Counted from the stretch's first letter, positions 21,122-31,199 are shown. The stretch is 64,000 bases of DNA from Candidatus Kaiserbacteria bacterium RIFCSPHIGHO2_01_FULL_53_29 (GCA_001781125.1 MFKT01000009.1:10712-74711), one strand, 5' to 3'. Translations and numbers: made by a program. Notes: generated from the letters alone by a model not told the origin.

Positions 21122-21483
21122 TCGCCCTTGAGATCTTTGATGACGTCGTCCACCGTCGTGTCACGGACATAGGGCTTAGAGGGGGCTTCGCTTTCGCCAC
21201 CGGTCGAACGACTATCTCCACCCATCCCCCGCTCGCTCCCTTCCGGCTCTTCGATCTTGAGATTCACCCGCGCGTCGTTCTTCATGCCCACGACGCGCAA
21301 TACCGTGCGAATGGCTTTTGCGGTCGCGCCCGAGCGACCGATGACCTTGCCCATGTCGTCTTTGTGTACCGAGAGCGTCAGAAGCACGCCCATCTCGTCG
21401 ACGGTGCGATTGATCTTCACGTCGTCCGGATTGTCCACGAGCGCTTTTACCACGTATTCCAAGAATTGCTGATCTCGTTCCAT
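21118..21483 (-). CDS. khpA: KH-domain RNA-binding protein KhpA (YlqC family)
   Basis: GKVIGRSGATAKAIRTV KH motif. Located between rpsP and trmD. Confidence 0.8.
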   Translation of the reverse strand: MERDQQFLEYVVKALVDNPDDVKINRTVDEMGVLLTLSVHKDDMGKVIGRSGATAKAIRTVLRVVGMKNDARVNLKIEEPEGSERGMGGDSRSTGGESEAPSKPYVRDTTVDDVIKDLKGE

Positions 21484-21545
21484 ACAGGATAGTTCGTAGT
21501 TAGTAGTAAGTAGTTCGTAGTAACGAACGAATGCAGTATATCAAA

Positions 21546-22049
21546 TTACTCAGCTTTAGCCTCCGCAGCCACTGCCTCTTCTGCTTTTGCTTCCTCCTTT
21601 GGCTCGCCGGAGCCTTCGGCGGAGGCGGCTTCTGGTGCCGCTGCCGCTTCGGTCTCCTTTTCAGTTGCTTCCGCCTTTACCTCTTCGTCGTGAGATGCTT
21701 TGGCCTCTGCCTTTACCGCAGCTTCGGCCTCTTTCTCTACCGCCTCCTCCTTGGCTTCCGCCGCTGCTTCTGCAGGCGCTTTGTACTTCGGCAGCACATT
21801 GATCTTCTTGGCATTGATGGCACCGAGGCTCACGAGCATGTTGTGGACGGTCGCGCTCGGCTGCGCACCCACCGACATCCAATATTTGATGCGCTCGGCA
21901 TTCAACACGCGTTCTTTGGATTTTGGATTGTAAGTGCCCACTTTCTCGACGAACTTCCCTGCCTTAGGACTCGCCGTGTGTTCCACCACGACAATGCGAA
22001 AGGAGGGCATATTTATGCGCCCCGTCCGCTGCATTCGTATCTTCAACAT
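21546..22049 (-). CDS. rpsP: 30S ribosomal protein S16 with an Ala/Glu/Lys-rich C-terminal extension
   Basis: MLKIRMQRTGRINMPSFRIVV... matches S16. Confidence 0.9.
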   Translation of the reverse strand: MLKIRMQRTGRINMPSFRIVVVEHTASPKAGKFVEKVGTYNPKSKERVLNAERIKYWMSVGAQPSATVHNMLVSLGAINAKKINVLPKYKAPAEAAAEAKEEAVEKEAEAAVKAEAKASHDEEVKAEATEKETEAAAAPEAASAEGSGEPKEEAKAEEAVAAEAKAE

Positions 22050-22089
22050 ATCCGCGACACTGTACCAGATAAGTATTAAAAATCAACGG

Positions 22090-22125
22090 CCAGCGCAGGA
22101 ATCATCCCGCGCTGGCTTGTCTTTC
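22090..22125 (-). terminator. hairpin (GCCAGCGC / GCGCTGGC) plus T-rich tract after smc
   Basis: gccagcgcaggaatcatcccgcgctggc. The minus-strand read is followed by ttgattttt. Confidence 0.35.
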
Positions 22126-22144
22126 AGGCGACGACGACAATGGA

Positions 22145-24373
22145 TCACTTGGCGACTTTTTCTGCTTCTTCGAGCTTAACGGAAAGAAGTTTGGACACCC
22201 CGTCCTGCCCCATTGTGACACCGTAGAGCTCGCCGGCGGCGGCCATGGTCGCTCTATTATGTGTGATGACGATGAGCTGCGATTTTACGCCAAGCTCTTT
22301 GATCATATCGGCGTAGCGCTTTGAGTTGGCCTCGTCGAGCGCTGCGTCGGTCTCGTCGAGGATAAGGAACGGCGGGGGATTCACCTGGCTCATGGAAAAG
22401 ATGAGGGCGATAGAAGTGAGCGCGCGCTCGCCACCGGAGAGCACGTCGAGCCCGCGAATTTTTTTGCGGGGGAGTGAGACGTCGATAGAAAGCCCGGCGT
22501 AGAGCTCTTCTTCCTCTGGAACATCGTCGTCTTCCAACTCATCGTCATCGGCGGGGCCTGCCCCTGAGGTCGCGCGGAGCGCTTTCCTTCGGGGTTCCTC
22601 CACCTCAAGCTTCGCGTGCCCGCCGCCAAAGAGTTTGCTGAAGAAATTCTTCAGGGCTTCGTTGATATGTTTCAGCCCCTCGGTAAATCGCGCGTCAATC
22701 GTCTTCTCCAGTTCCGCGATGATGTCCTCAAGCTTCGACGCCGAGCTTTCAAGGTCGGCAAGTTCCTTTGCAAGGAATTCTTCGCGCTCTTTGGTCTGAT
22801 TGAATTCTCTCACTACCGTATCCCCGCTTCCCAGCCCCGATTCTTCTATCTTTATCTTCAGGCGCTCGATCTCGCGGCGGCGCTTCTCCTGGGCGTGTCG
22901 GTCCTCCTCGAGAAGCGCACCGGTGGGAACTTCCGCTTTCTCCCATCCGTGGACCTCCGCGCCGATAAGCGCAATCCCCTCCCGTACCTCTTCTTCGAAT
23001 CTCGTGCGCAGCGTCGCAATATTCGCCCGCGCCGCCTGCACTCCAGAAAGCTTCGCTTGGGCCTCGCGGACATTCGACTCCAACTCCACAAGATCGCGCT
23101 CGGCCGTGAATCCGGCCTCACGCGCCTCGGCAATTTTCTTTCGCAGGGCTTCCAATTCCTCCGCGAGGGCATTCTCCTGCGCGCGGACGCGCTCGAGTGA
23201 CTTTGCCAGACTCTGCACTTGCTGGCGTACTTCTTCGTTCGTCTCAGGCGCTGCTCCCGAAAGACCCTCCACAAAAGCCTTGATACGCTCGCGGACCTCA
23301 CCGAGGCGGCGCTTCAATATTGAAATGTCATCTTCCCGTTCTGCCTCTGCGACACTTTCGGAAAGCTCGCGCGCGAACTGGCGCACATGCGGCACCGGCA
23401 CGATCTGCTCGACGGTTACCGTATTTGCCTCCAAGGCACCTTCGGCGCGGCCGAGCTCGCGCGTCAGCTGCTCACTTTCGCGCCGAGCTTCGGAGAGCTT
23501 CCCTTCGCGCTCAGATAGCTTTGTCTGTAGTTCTTGCAACGCGCCGGAGCCGCCTGAAGCCTTCGTCGAACGGATACGCGAGACGGATTCGTTCAATTTT
23601 TTCAATTCGTGCGTTTGCGCTTGTTCTTCATGTCGAAGGCGAGCATCTTCTTGTGTTATCCACGCATTCTCACGCGTGAGGTACTCGTTGAGCTTCACTG
23701 CGAGCTCTTCTTTCATCTCACGGGCCTTTTCTATTTTCTCCACTTGCGTGCGCAGGAAGTTGAGGTGCGGCGCTATTTCCCGCCGAAGCGATTTTGTCTT
23801 CTCGATATTATTCCCTGTCTCTTCGAGCTTGCGCTCGCTCTCCGCCTTTTTGTGCTGATAGAGCTTGAGCCCCAGCGCATCTTCCACCATCTCGCGCCGC
23901 TCACGCGGGCTCGCGTTCAATATCCTATCCGCCTCTCCTTGCGAAATTATCTGGTAGCCCGAGCCGCCGATGTTGGCGCCGGCAAGCAGGCGGATAACAT
24001 CTTTCAGCCGCACTACGGTGCCATTCAATAAATATTCATTCTGCCCGTCCCGGTACACAATGCGCTCCACCGTCACCTCTTTGAAATCCAAGTCGAGAAG
24101 GCGTTTACTGTTATCAAATACGACGCGGACCGCCCCTCGATTGGCTCGCGGTAGTGCAGGCGAGCCGCCCCAAATCAAGTCTTCACCGCGCTTGCTTCGC
24201 ATGGATTTCATCGATTGCTCGCCGAGCACGAATCGGAATCCTTCCGCAACATTTGATTTACCAGACCCATTTGGTCCCACGATAGAAGCGATAGGCGAAG
24301 TGAATGCAAGCTCGGTCTTCTTGCCGAACGACTTGAACCCCGTTAGTTCAATAGATTTCAAACTGAGGAACAT
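22145..24373 (-). CDS. smc: chromosome segregation protein SMC (compact, 742 aa)
   Basis: Walker A GPNGSGKSN. Signature LSGGERALTSIAL. Walker B ILDETDAALD. Long coiled coil. Confidence 0.85.
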   Translation of the reverse strand: MFLSLKSIELTGFKSFGKKTELAFTSPIASIVGPNGSGKSNVAEGFRFVLGEQSMKSMRSKRGEDLIWGGSPALPRANRGAVRVVFDNSKRLLDLDFKEVTVERIVYRDGQNEYLLNGTVVRLKDVIRLLAGANIGGSGYQIISQGEADRILNASPRERREMVEDALGLKLYQHKKAESERKLEETGNNIEKTKSLRREIAPHLNFLRTQVEKIEKAREMKEELAVKLNEYLTRENAWITQEDARLRHEEQAQTHELKKLNESVSRIRSTKASGGSGALQELQTKLSEREGKLSEARRESEQLTRELGRAEGALEANTVTVEQIVPVPHVRQFARELSESVAEAEREDDISILKRRLGEVRERIKAFVEGLSGAAPETNEEVRQQVQSLAKSLERVRAQENALAEELEALRKKIAEAREAGFTAERDLVELESNVREAQAKLSGVQAARANIATLRTRFEEEVREGIALIGAEVHGWEKAEVPTGALLEEDRHAQEKRRREIERLKIKIEESGLGSGDTVVREFNQTKEREEFLAKELADLESSASKLEDIIAELEKTIDARFTEGLKHINEALKNFFSKLFGGGHAKLEVEEPRRKALRATSGAGPADDDELEDDDVPEEEELYAGLSIDVSLPRKKIRGLDVLSGGERALTSIALIFSMSQVNPPPFLILDETDAALDEANSKRYADMIKELGVKSQLIVITHNRATMAAAGELYGVTMGQDGVSKLLSVKLEEAEKVAK

Positions 24374-24454
24374 TGGGATTCATTGTATCAAAACAAACGG
24401 CGAGTTCCCGAGGGAACCCGCCGTTACGCGAACAACGCGTACGCAAACTGGACG

Positions 24455-24655
24455 CTACTGCGAAGCAGCCGACGCCGCTGCCGCCAGCACGAACGTCAGT
24501 ACGACGGCGCAGAGCGCGAAGACGACAGTGCCCGCCATCCTCACTTCCTGCGGGAAGTAGACGTGATAAGCGTCGAACGGTCCTGCGTCGAACCGGTTCA
24601 CCGACTTGTCGCACCCATCGGGATGTTCAGCCCGACGGCCATTCCTGCACGTCAT
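24455..24655 (-). CDS. small Cys-containing tail-anchored membrane protein (66 aa)
   Basis: Strong GC3 bias. C-terminal transmembrane helix. Confidence 0.3.
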   Translation of the reverse strand: MTCRNGRRAEHPDGCDKSVNRFDAGPFDAYHVYFPQEVRMAGTVVFALCAVVLTFVLAAAASAASQ

Positions 24656-24796
24656 GAGCGTTCTCCATTATTTGCATATACAAAAGGTCCTTGTCGGACC
24701 GGGTTGGGACCGACTAGACCGATCAGTCCCGCTATCACAATGCCACTATAGCCCGCCCAGCGCAAGGGGCGATATGTAGATAAAGATTACGTGAAG

Positions 24797-25492
24797 TTAC
24801 CACCCTTTTACTAGAAGCGCCTTCAGGGCGGCGTCCTGTTCGGCCTCCTGTTTCGACTTTCCCTCGCCACTTGCAATGCGCTCGCTCCCCACATGTGCCG
24901 CAACGACGAATTTCTTATCATGGTCGGGCCCCGATTGGCTCACCACTTCGTATGTCGGCGTAACGCCCACCAATTCCTGTGCTATTTCCTGAAGTTTGCT
25001 TTTCGCATCCTGCCAAAGTCTCGATTCGACTATCTTCTCAGTCTTATGGAAAAGTTGCGCGCCTATAAAATCTTTTGCGGTTTCGTATCCCGAATCGAGG
25101 TATAGGGCACCGATAAGCGCCTCAAACGCGTTGGCCAAGATAATTTGCCGTGCACGGCCGGTGTCGCGCGCTTCGCCGCGCGAGAGCAAGAGATATTCAT
25201 TCATACCGAGTTTGGTGCCGGCATCCGAAATGCTCTGCGTATTTACGAGTGCCGCGCGATAGGCAGTCAGATCCCCTTCGGGTTTTTCCGGATATTTGGC
25301 AAAAAGGAATTCGGTAACGGCGAGTTCCAAGACCGCGTCGCCGAGAAATTCCAGCCGCTCGTTGTGCATTGCTCCGGGAGCCCGATTCTCATTGAGATAC
25401 GAGCGATGCGTAAACGCGGTCTCCAGCAGGCGTTTATCTTTGAACGAATATCCGATCTTTGTTTCAAAAGTCGAAAGGTCTGCCATGGTCAT
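24797..25492 (-). CDS. rnc: ribonuclease III
   Basis: ERLEFLGDAVLELAV signature. C-terminal dsRBD. Confidence 0.9.
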   Translation of the reverse strand: MTMADLSTFETKIGYSFKDKRLLETAFTHRSYLNENRAPGAMHNERLEFLGDAVLELAVTEFLFAKYPEKPEGDLTAYRAALVNTQSISDAGTKLGMNEYLLLSRGEARDTGRARQIILANAFEALIGALYLDSGYETAKDFIGAQLFHKTEKIVESRLWQDAKSKLQEIAQELVGVTPTYEVVSQSGPDHDKKFVVAAHVGSERIASGEGKSKQEAEQDAALKALLVKGW

Positions 25493-26403
25493 TTATTCTC
25501 GCCGCGGGCGAGCGCATTGATGGCAGGAACGATTATCTTGAGTGTGTCGTCATAAAAGTTCAGATCGCCCACCGCAGAGAGCGGAAACCATTGCGCGTCA
25601 TCCAAGCCTCCCGATGAGCCGAGCCGAAGCTCGGTGAAAGGGGATTCGGCCAGAAAATAGCTCACCCGCTTGCGCTTCTTACCGCCCTCGATTTTGGAAT
25701 CGTTGGCGACGTACTCATTCACTCCGAGCTCTTGCACGATTTTGATATCAAGCCCCATTTCTTCTTTTATCTCGCGGACGGCGCCCGCCTTCACGTCCTC
25801 TCCCTCTTCTATCTTGCCCTTCGATATGGTCCAGTGCCCGAAAATATCGTGCACAAAAGCCATATACGTCTCCCCCTCCGAGCGCGCATAGACGACCGCG
25901 CCTGCCAGATGTTCGGTCGGCATTTTGACGGGTTTGCCGCTTTCTTGCTTACGTGCCCCACCCTCATTCTTGCCCGGCTCGCCGAGTTCTACATAGACAG
26001 CGCCCAAGACGCCGTTGACGAATCGCCCCGAGGAAGTGCTGCCGAAAGATTTCGCGAGCTCGATAGCTTCGTTGATAGCGACCTTGGCGGGGACCTGCGC
26101 GCGGTCGGCAAAAAGAAGCTCCGTGAGGCCGAGGCGCAAAATATTCCGATCAATTGCAGATATTCTCTCGATCGGCCACTCGGGCGCAGCGCGCACGATG
26201 ACCTCGTCTATTTCTTTTTGTTTGGCAACAGCCGTCTGGAGGAGATCCTTCATGAACGGCATGTCCGAATCGCGTGTACCAAATTCCTTTCCGTAGTCGG
26301 CAAGGCGCGAGAGCGCCTGCTCAGGGGTCAACTTCCCTTCCGCAGCATCGCGCTCAAAAAGGACTTGCAAGACGACCGAACGTGCGAGGTGCCTATTTGC
26401 CAT
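25489..26403 (-). CDS. nusB: NusB antitermination factor fused to a C-terminal NUDIX hydrolase domain
   Basis: The N-terminal 140 aa is NusB (VAINEAIELAKSFGSTSSGRFVNGVLG). The C-terminus carries the Nudix box GKIEEGEDVKAGAVREIKEEMGL (Gx5Ex7REUxEExGU). Confidence 0.85.
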   Translation of the reverse strand: MANRHLARSVVLQVLFERDAAEGKLTPEQALSRLADYGKEFGTRDSDMPFMKDLLQTAVAKQKEIDEVIVRAAPEWPIERISAIDRNILRLGLTELLFADRAQVPAKVAINEAIELAKSFGSTSSGRFVNGVLGAVYVELGEPGKNEGGARKQESGKPVKMPTEHLAGAVVYARSEGETYMAFVHDIFGHWTISKGKIEEGEDVKAGAVREIKEEMGLDIKIVQELGVNEYVANDSKIEGGKKRKRVSYFLAESPFTELRLGSSGGLDDAQWFPLSAVGDLNFYDDTLKIIVPAINALARGENK

Positions 26404-26492
26404 AGAAGAACAACTTCACCACAATGAACATCTATTGAGTATACACGGCAATTCTAAAGAGCAAATGAAGTCGAGTGGGGAATGTGGAGGGA

Positions 26493-26768
26493 TTATTTTG
26501 CTGCTACCTCTTCTTTCTCTTTAGTCTCGGAGCTCTGGCCGCTGGCGCGCAATTCTTTTTGCTTGCGGGTGGCGCGGCGGGCATCTCGCTTCGCACGCGC
26601 AACGACATCGATGACAATCTTGCCGTTGTACTTGCCACACTCCGGGCATGCTCGATGCGGGACGCGCAAGGCACCGCACTCGCATTTGGCAAGGCGAGCC
26701 CCTGCTATTGCATGATGGCTTCTCCGCTTGGCGGTCTGGGAGCGATTCCGGCGCATTCGAACTACCAT
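26493..26768 (-). CDS. rpmF: 50S ribosomal protein L32 (with K/E-rich tail)
   Basis: MVVRMRRNRSQTAKRRSHHA...CPECGKY Zn-ribbon. Confidence 0.8.
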   Translation of the reverse strand: MVVRMRRNRSQTAKRRSHHAIAGARLAKCECGALRVPHRACPECGKYNGKIVIDVVARAKRDARRATRKQKELRASGQSSETKEKEEVAAK

Positions 26769-26771
26769 AAA

Positions 26772-26789
26772 CCGACAGTATACTGCCGG
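26772..26789 (-). promoter_or_regulatory. 18-bp near-palindrome CCGACAGTATACTGCCGG enclosing a TATACT -10, 4-8 nt upstream of the rpmF ATG
   Basis: 17 of 18 positions are palindromic. A tandem TTGGAGCTTGG repeat array lies at 26850-26895 further upstream. Confidence 0.35.
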
Positions 26790-26895
26790 AAGCTCCAAAT
26801 ATCAAATCTCAAATTCCAAACAAATTTTGATGTTTTAAAGCTTAGAAATTGGAAACTTGGAGTTTGTTTGGAGCTTGGGTCTTGGAGCTTGGAAT

Positions 26896-27483
26896 TTATT
26901 GCAGGATGCGGGAACAAAAAGTGGTCCGATGCACTTTGCAGAGACCCGACCCAAGGATAGCGCTGCGATGAAATTCAGTGCCGTACCCTTTGTGGATCTC
27001 AAAGCCGTACGTCGGATAGCGCCGGGCAAGCCTGCGCATCAAATGGTCGCGGGCGACTTTCGCCGCGATGGAAGCAAGCGAAATAATGGGCTCGGATTCA
27101 TCGCCGCGGATAATGGTGCTCTGTTTGATGAACACTTTCGGCGCGCGCAAACTGCCATCGAGCCGTATCTCACATTCCTCGGGAACAGCGTCGAGTTTGG
27201 CGAGGCATCGCGCAAGTGCGGAGTGAATAGCAAAGACGATGCCGCGGCGATCGATGGTAGCGGCTGAAGAAAACGAGACCGCAAAATCCAACGCGGCTTC
27301 GCGCTGCAAGGCGCGAAGCCGCTTATACCACTCTTGCCTCGCAAGCGCCGTCAATTGCTTCGAATCCCGTATCCCCTTCAACATATTGAAATCGAAATCG
27401 GCAGGCACTCTCACCGCCCCAACGCTAACCGGCCCCGCCAAGGGTCCTCTGCCTGCTTCGTCAATGCCGATGAGATAGCGCAT
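26896..27483 (-). CDS. rnhB: ribonuclease HII (start at MRYLIGIDEAGRG; ORF opens at 27561)
   Basis: LIGIDEAGRGPLAGPV active-site motif. Confidence 0.85.
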   Translation of the reverse strand: MRYLIGIDEAGRGPLAGPVSVGAVRVPADFDFNMLKGIRDSKQLTALARQEWYKRLRALQREAALDFAVSFSSAATIDRRGIVFAIHSALARCLAKLDAVPEECEIRLDGSLRAPKVFIKQSTIIRGDESEPIISLASIAAKVARDHLMRRLARRYPTYGFEIHKGYGTEFHRSAILGSGLCKVHRTTFCSRILQ

Positions 27484-27941
27484 CCCCGTAATAATAACAG
27501 AAGGGATCCCGGCAACGCGGAACCCCTTCCTATTTCTGAACGCTCTCGCCGGGAACGTCATTTCCGGCGACGTTTTCTCGTACTGTGGGCGTAGCCTTCC
27601 GGAGATTTCTCCAATTTCTCCGCAGCATCATTGAGCAATTTCCCCGTGATGTTGCCTCGCCGGCCGGGCGGTAACACGCCATCGCGCGGTGTCGGGAGAG
27701 GGCTCGGGAGTGGCTCATTCAGCCCTTCCCTTTTCGTGCCGGATTTTCCAGCACATTCGTCTTCCGTCGAAATCTTACCCATGGCCTCATTTCTCCTTGA
27801 GAGTTTGGGATTTAGTCGGGAATGACGGACCCGACTCAGCCGCCGCACGCAGATACAAAAAGAACTTGCCAACACTCTACGGGCTTGCTCGAATGAAGTC
27901 AAAGCGCGGTGGGGGAAAAGTCGTCGGTGTATACTGCCTTC

Positions 27942-30900
27942 ATGCAACGTGCGGATTTTGTTCATCTCCATACTCACTCACACTACTCCCTTCTTGAAGC
28001 AATTCCGAAAATTTCCGAACTCGTCGCTGCGGCAGTAGTGGATGGGCAGAAAGCGCTTGCGCTGACCGACAACGGCAACCTCTACGGCGCAATAGACTTC
28101 TACAAGGAGTGCAAAGAAAATGACATCAAGCCCATTCTTGGCGTGGACTTTTTTGTAGCGCCCCGCACAAGGCACAACAAGGAGCATCGGATAGATGACC
28201 ACACGTCGCGCCTAGTGTTGCTCGCCAAAGATCTGGAGGGGTATCACAATTTGCTCCAGCTTGTCTCGAAATCCCATCTCGAAGGCTTCTACTACCGGCC
28301 CCGAATCGATCACGAACTGATTGAGGCACATCGTGAAGGTCTTATTGCGATACTGCCATCATCTGACGGAGAACATGCGAAAAAAGCTCGCGATGGTAAC
28401 ACGGCGCAGGCACGCGAGATCGTCGCGTGGTACAAGAAAATATTTGGAGAAAATTGCTTTGTTGAGGTTACCCGGCATCCAGAAATAGAAGGGCATGACG
28501 CACACATGAAAGCAATACTCGAATTGGCTCGCGATAGCCATGTCGAACCCGTCGCTGCGTGCGAAATTTATTACCTCCAACAGGAAGACGCGCTCGCGCG
28601 CGAGCTCGTCAATAAAATTCGGACGGGGAGCGTGCTGAACCGCGATTTCGAACAAGGTGCCCACGATTACTCTTTTGCCCCGCGCGCTCGCGCGCTTGAG
28701 CTTTTCGCCGACATGCCGGAGGCTATAGAGAACACTGTGCGTATTGCTGAGATGTGCAATCTCAAACTCACACTGGGCACCTGGGTCTTCCCCGACTTCC
28801 CTATTCCGGCAGGGTCAACGGCTGACAAAGAACTTCGCACGCTCGCACAAGCCGGCTTCAAAGAGCGCGGTATCCAGCAATCGAAAGAGAATCAAGAGCG
28901 CGTTGACTACGAACTCACTACCATTGGCAACAAAGGCTACTCACCGTATTTTCTCGTCGTTGCCGACCTGCTGCGGCACGCCCGCGAGCAAGGGATATTG
29001 ACCAACACCCGCGGAAGTGCAGCCGGTTCACTCGTCTCCTACCTCTGCGGCATTACGACCGTCGACCCAATCGAGTACAAGCTCCCCTTCGAGCGGTTCC
29101 TGAATCCCGAGCGCCCTTCGCCACCCGATATCGATATGGACTTGGCCGACAACCGGCGCGACGAGCTCATCGAATATGTGCGGCACAAGTACGGGGAGAC
29201 GCATGTGGCACAAATAGGCACTTTCGGCACCATGATGGCGCGCGCGGCAGTGCGCGACGTCGCGCGCGCCATGGGGCACCCGTACGCGCTCGGCGACAAG
29301 CTTGCCAAGCTCATTCCCTTCGGCAAACAAGGGTTCCCCGTAACCATCCAAAAATCGCTCGAGGAGGTGCCAGAGCTCGCGCAGGTGTACAAGAGTGACG
29401 CCGATGGCCGCGAAGTGCTGGATCTCGCTCAAAAAATAGAAGGCAACGCGAGGCACGTCGGCGTACATGCGGCTGGCGTGGTCATCGCGCCCACTCCGGT
29501 CACGGATTACTCGCCGGTGCAGATCGACCCAAAAGGCAACCACATCATCACGCAGTACGACATGTACGCCATCGAGGAAGCGGGGCTCCTCAAGTTCGAC
29601 TTCCTCGGCCTCACCAACCTTTCGGTGTTGGCAGATTCGCGCGCACGAGTAGAGGCACGCCTCGGGACCAAGATCATCCTCGACCATCTCCCGCTCAATG
29701 ACGCGAAAACGTTTGAGATGCTCTCCCGCGGGGAGACGCTCGGCGTCTTCCAGCTCGCGAGCCAGGGAATGACGAGCTACCTCGTCGACCTCAAACCTTC
29801 GACCATCCACGACATCAATGCCATGGTCGCACTCTACCGCCCAGGACCTATCGCGTTCATCCCCGCTTACATAGAGCGCAAGAAAAATCCAAAATTGGTC
29901 AAATATCTCGACCCGCGAATGGAGGATATCCTCAAAAATTCATACGGCGTTATCACCTACCAAGACGATGTCTTGGAGCTCGCGATAAAGATTGCCGGCT
30001 ATTCGTGGCTCGAGGCCGACAAATTCCGCAAAGCCATGGGCAAGAAAATACCCAAAGAAATGGCGGCCCAAAAAGAGAAATTTACTGCCGGGTGCGTGGC
30101 GCATGGGATGAAAAAGGAGGCAGTCCAGAAATTGTGGGAGCAGATAGAAACCTTCGCTGCCTATGGTTTTAATAAAGCGCACGCGGCAAGCTACGGCAAT
30201 CTCGCATACAAGACGGCCTATATGAAAGCGAATTTTCCCGTTGATTATATGGCGGCAGTCTTGACCGCAGACGCAGGTGACGTAGAGAAGATCGCCGATG
30301 TCGTTTCGGAATGCAAACGAATGGGCATCAGTGTGCTGCCGCCGTCGGTGAATGAGAGCCTTGGGAATTTCACGGTCATTGATGAGCATTCGATCCGATT
30401 TGGGCTCTACTCGATAAAGAACTTTGGCACGGGCGTTGCCGACTCGATTATTGCCGCGCGGGAAAAGGACGGGCCGTTCAAAGATATCGGGGATTTTCTG
30501 TCGCGCGTTTCGGACCCCGTTAGAGGCGACGCCTCTAACGGGGCGGGTAAGAATCTCAACAAAAAATCGCTGGAGTCGTTGATCCAATCCGGCGCATTGG
30601 ACGACCTCGGTGAACGCGGACAACTCGTCGTGAATATTGACCTTCTGCTCGGCTATCACCGTGAGCATACAAAAACACCGACCGACCAAGGCTCGCTCTT
30701 TGGCGCAGCCGGTACCAGCAAAGCGGTGCTTCGCCTGCCGAGTGCTCCGGAGGCTTCATTGGACCAACGCCTCGGTTGGGAAAAGGAGCTGCTTGGTCTT
30801 TACATCTCCGGGCATCCGCTGGACAAACACAAGGAGAAATTCAGCGACGCGGGAAAGAGCATTAAGCACGCCAAGGAACATCTTCGCGGCGTCGAGATCG

Positions 30901-31133
30901 TCATCGCCGGATTCATCGAGAGCGCGCGCATCAATCTCACGAAGAACGGCGAAAAAATGGGATTTCTCAAGCTCGCTGATTTCTCCGACTCCATAGAGGT
31001 TGTCGTCTTTCCGCGAACCTTCAAAGAATGCGAGATGCTCATGAGTGCCGGCTCGTGCATCGCGATCAAAGGAAAAATATCCGAGCGCAATGGCGAGACT
31101 AGCTTCGTCGTCGAGCGCGCAAAAGCGCTGTGA
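27942..31133 (+). CDS. dnaE: DNA polymerase III alpha subunit (compact, about 1064 aa)
   Basis: PHP domain HLHTHSHYSLL. Polymerase core. OB fold at the C-terminus. ORF opens at 27909. Confidence 0.9.
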   Translation: MQRADFVHLHTHSHYSLLEAIPKISELVAAAVVDGQKALALTDNGNLYGAIDFYKECKENDIKPILGVDFFVAPRTRHNKEHRIDDHTSRLVLLAKDLEGYHNLLQLVSKSHLEGFYYRPRIDHELIEAHREGLIAILPSSDGEHAKKARDGNTAQAREIVAWYKKIFGENCFVEVTRHPEIEGHDAHMKAILELARDSHVEPVAACEIYYLQQEDALARELVNKIRTGSVLNRDFEQGAHDYSFAPRARALELFADMPEAIENTVRIAEMCNLKLTLGTWVFPDFPIPAGSTADKELRTLAQAGFKERGIQQSKENQERVDYELTTIGNKGYSPYFLVVADLLRHAREQGILTNTRGSAAGSLVSYLCGITTVDPIEYKLPFERFLNPERPSPPDIDMDLADNRRDELIEYVRHKYGETHVAQIGTFGTMMARAAVRDVARAMGHPYALGDKLAKLIPFGKQGFPVTIQKSLEEVPELAQVYKSDADGREVLDLAQKIEGNARHVGVHAAGVVIAPTPVTDYSPVQIDPKGNHIITQYDMYAIEEAGLLKFDFLGLTNLSVLADSRARVEARLGTKIILDHLPLNDAKTFEMLSRGETLGVFQLASQGMTSYLVDLKPSTIHDINAMVALYRPGPIAFIPAYIERKKNPKLVKYLDPRMEDILKNSYGVITYQDDVLELAIKIAGYSWLEADKFRKAMGKKIPKEMAAQKEKFTAGCVAHGMKKEAVQKLWEQIETFAAYGFNKAHAASYGNLAYKTAYMKANFPVDYMAAVLTADAGDVEKIADVVSECKRMGISVLPPSVNESLGNFTVIDEHSIRFGLYSIKNFGTGVADSIIAAREKDGPFKDIGDFLSRVSDPVRGDASNGAGKNLNKKSLESLIQSGALDDLGERGQLVVNIDLLLGYHREHTKTPTDQGSLFGAAGTSKAVLRLPSAPEASLDQRLGWEKELLGLYISGHPLDKHKEKFSDAGKSIKHAKEHLRGVEIVIAGFIESARINLTKNGEKMGFLKLADFSDSIEVVVFPRTFKECEMLMSAGSCIAIKGKISERNGETSFVVERAKAL

Positions 31134-31199
31134 AAAAATTGACAAACTGCTTCAAATAGGTTAGAGAAAGGGTTGCGTGGTCTTAAAGGGAGACTGGGA

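Noticed and set aside
22800-23858. 352-aa Ser/Arg-rich plus-strand ORF
   Set aside because: Antisense to smc. Low-complexity.
27484-27941. RNase P RNA, SRP RNA or tmRNA in the rnhB-dnaE intergenic region
   Set aside because: Searched by eye for the P4 motif, the SRP GGAAGGAAGCAGC motif and tmRNA ends. None found.
27558-27977. 139-aa minus-strand ORF upstream of rnhB
   Set aside because: Pro/Arg/Ser-rich with no coherent domain. Only the 75-aa distal part has modest coding look. Treated as a possible but unsupported small ORF.
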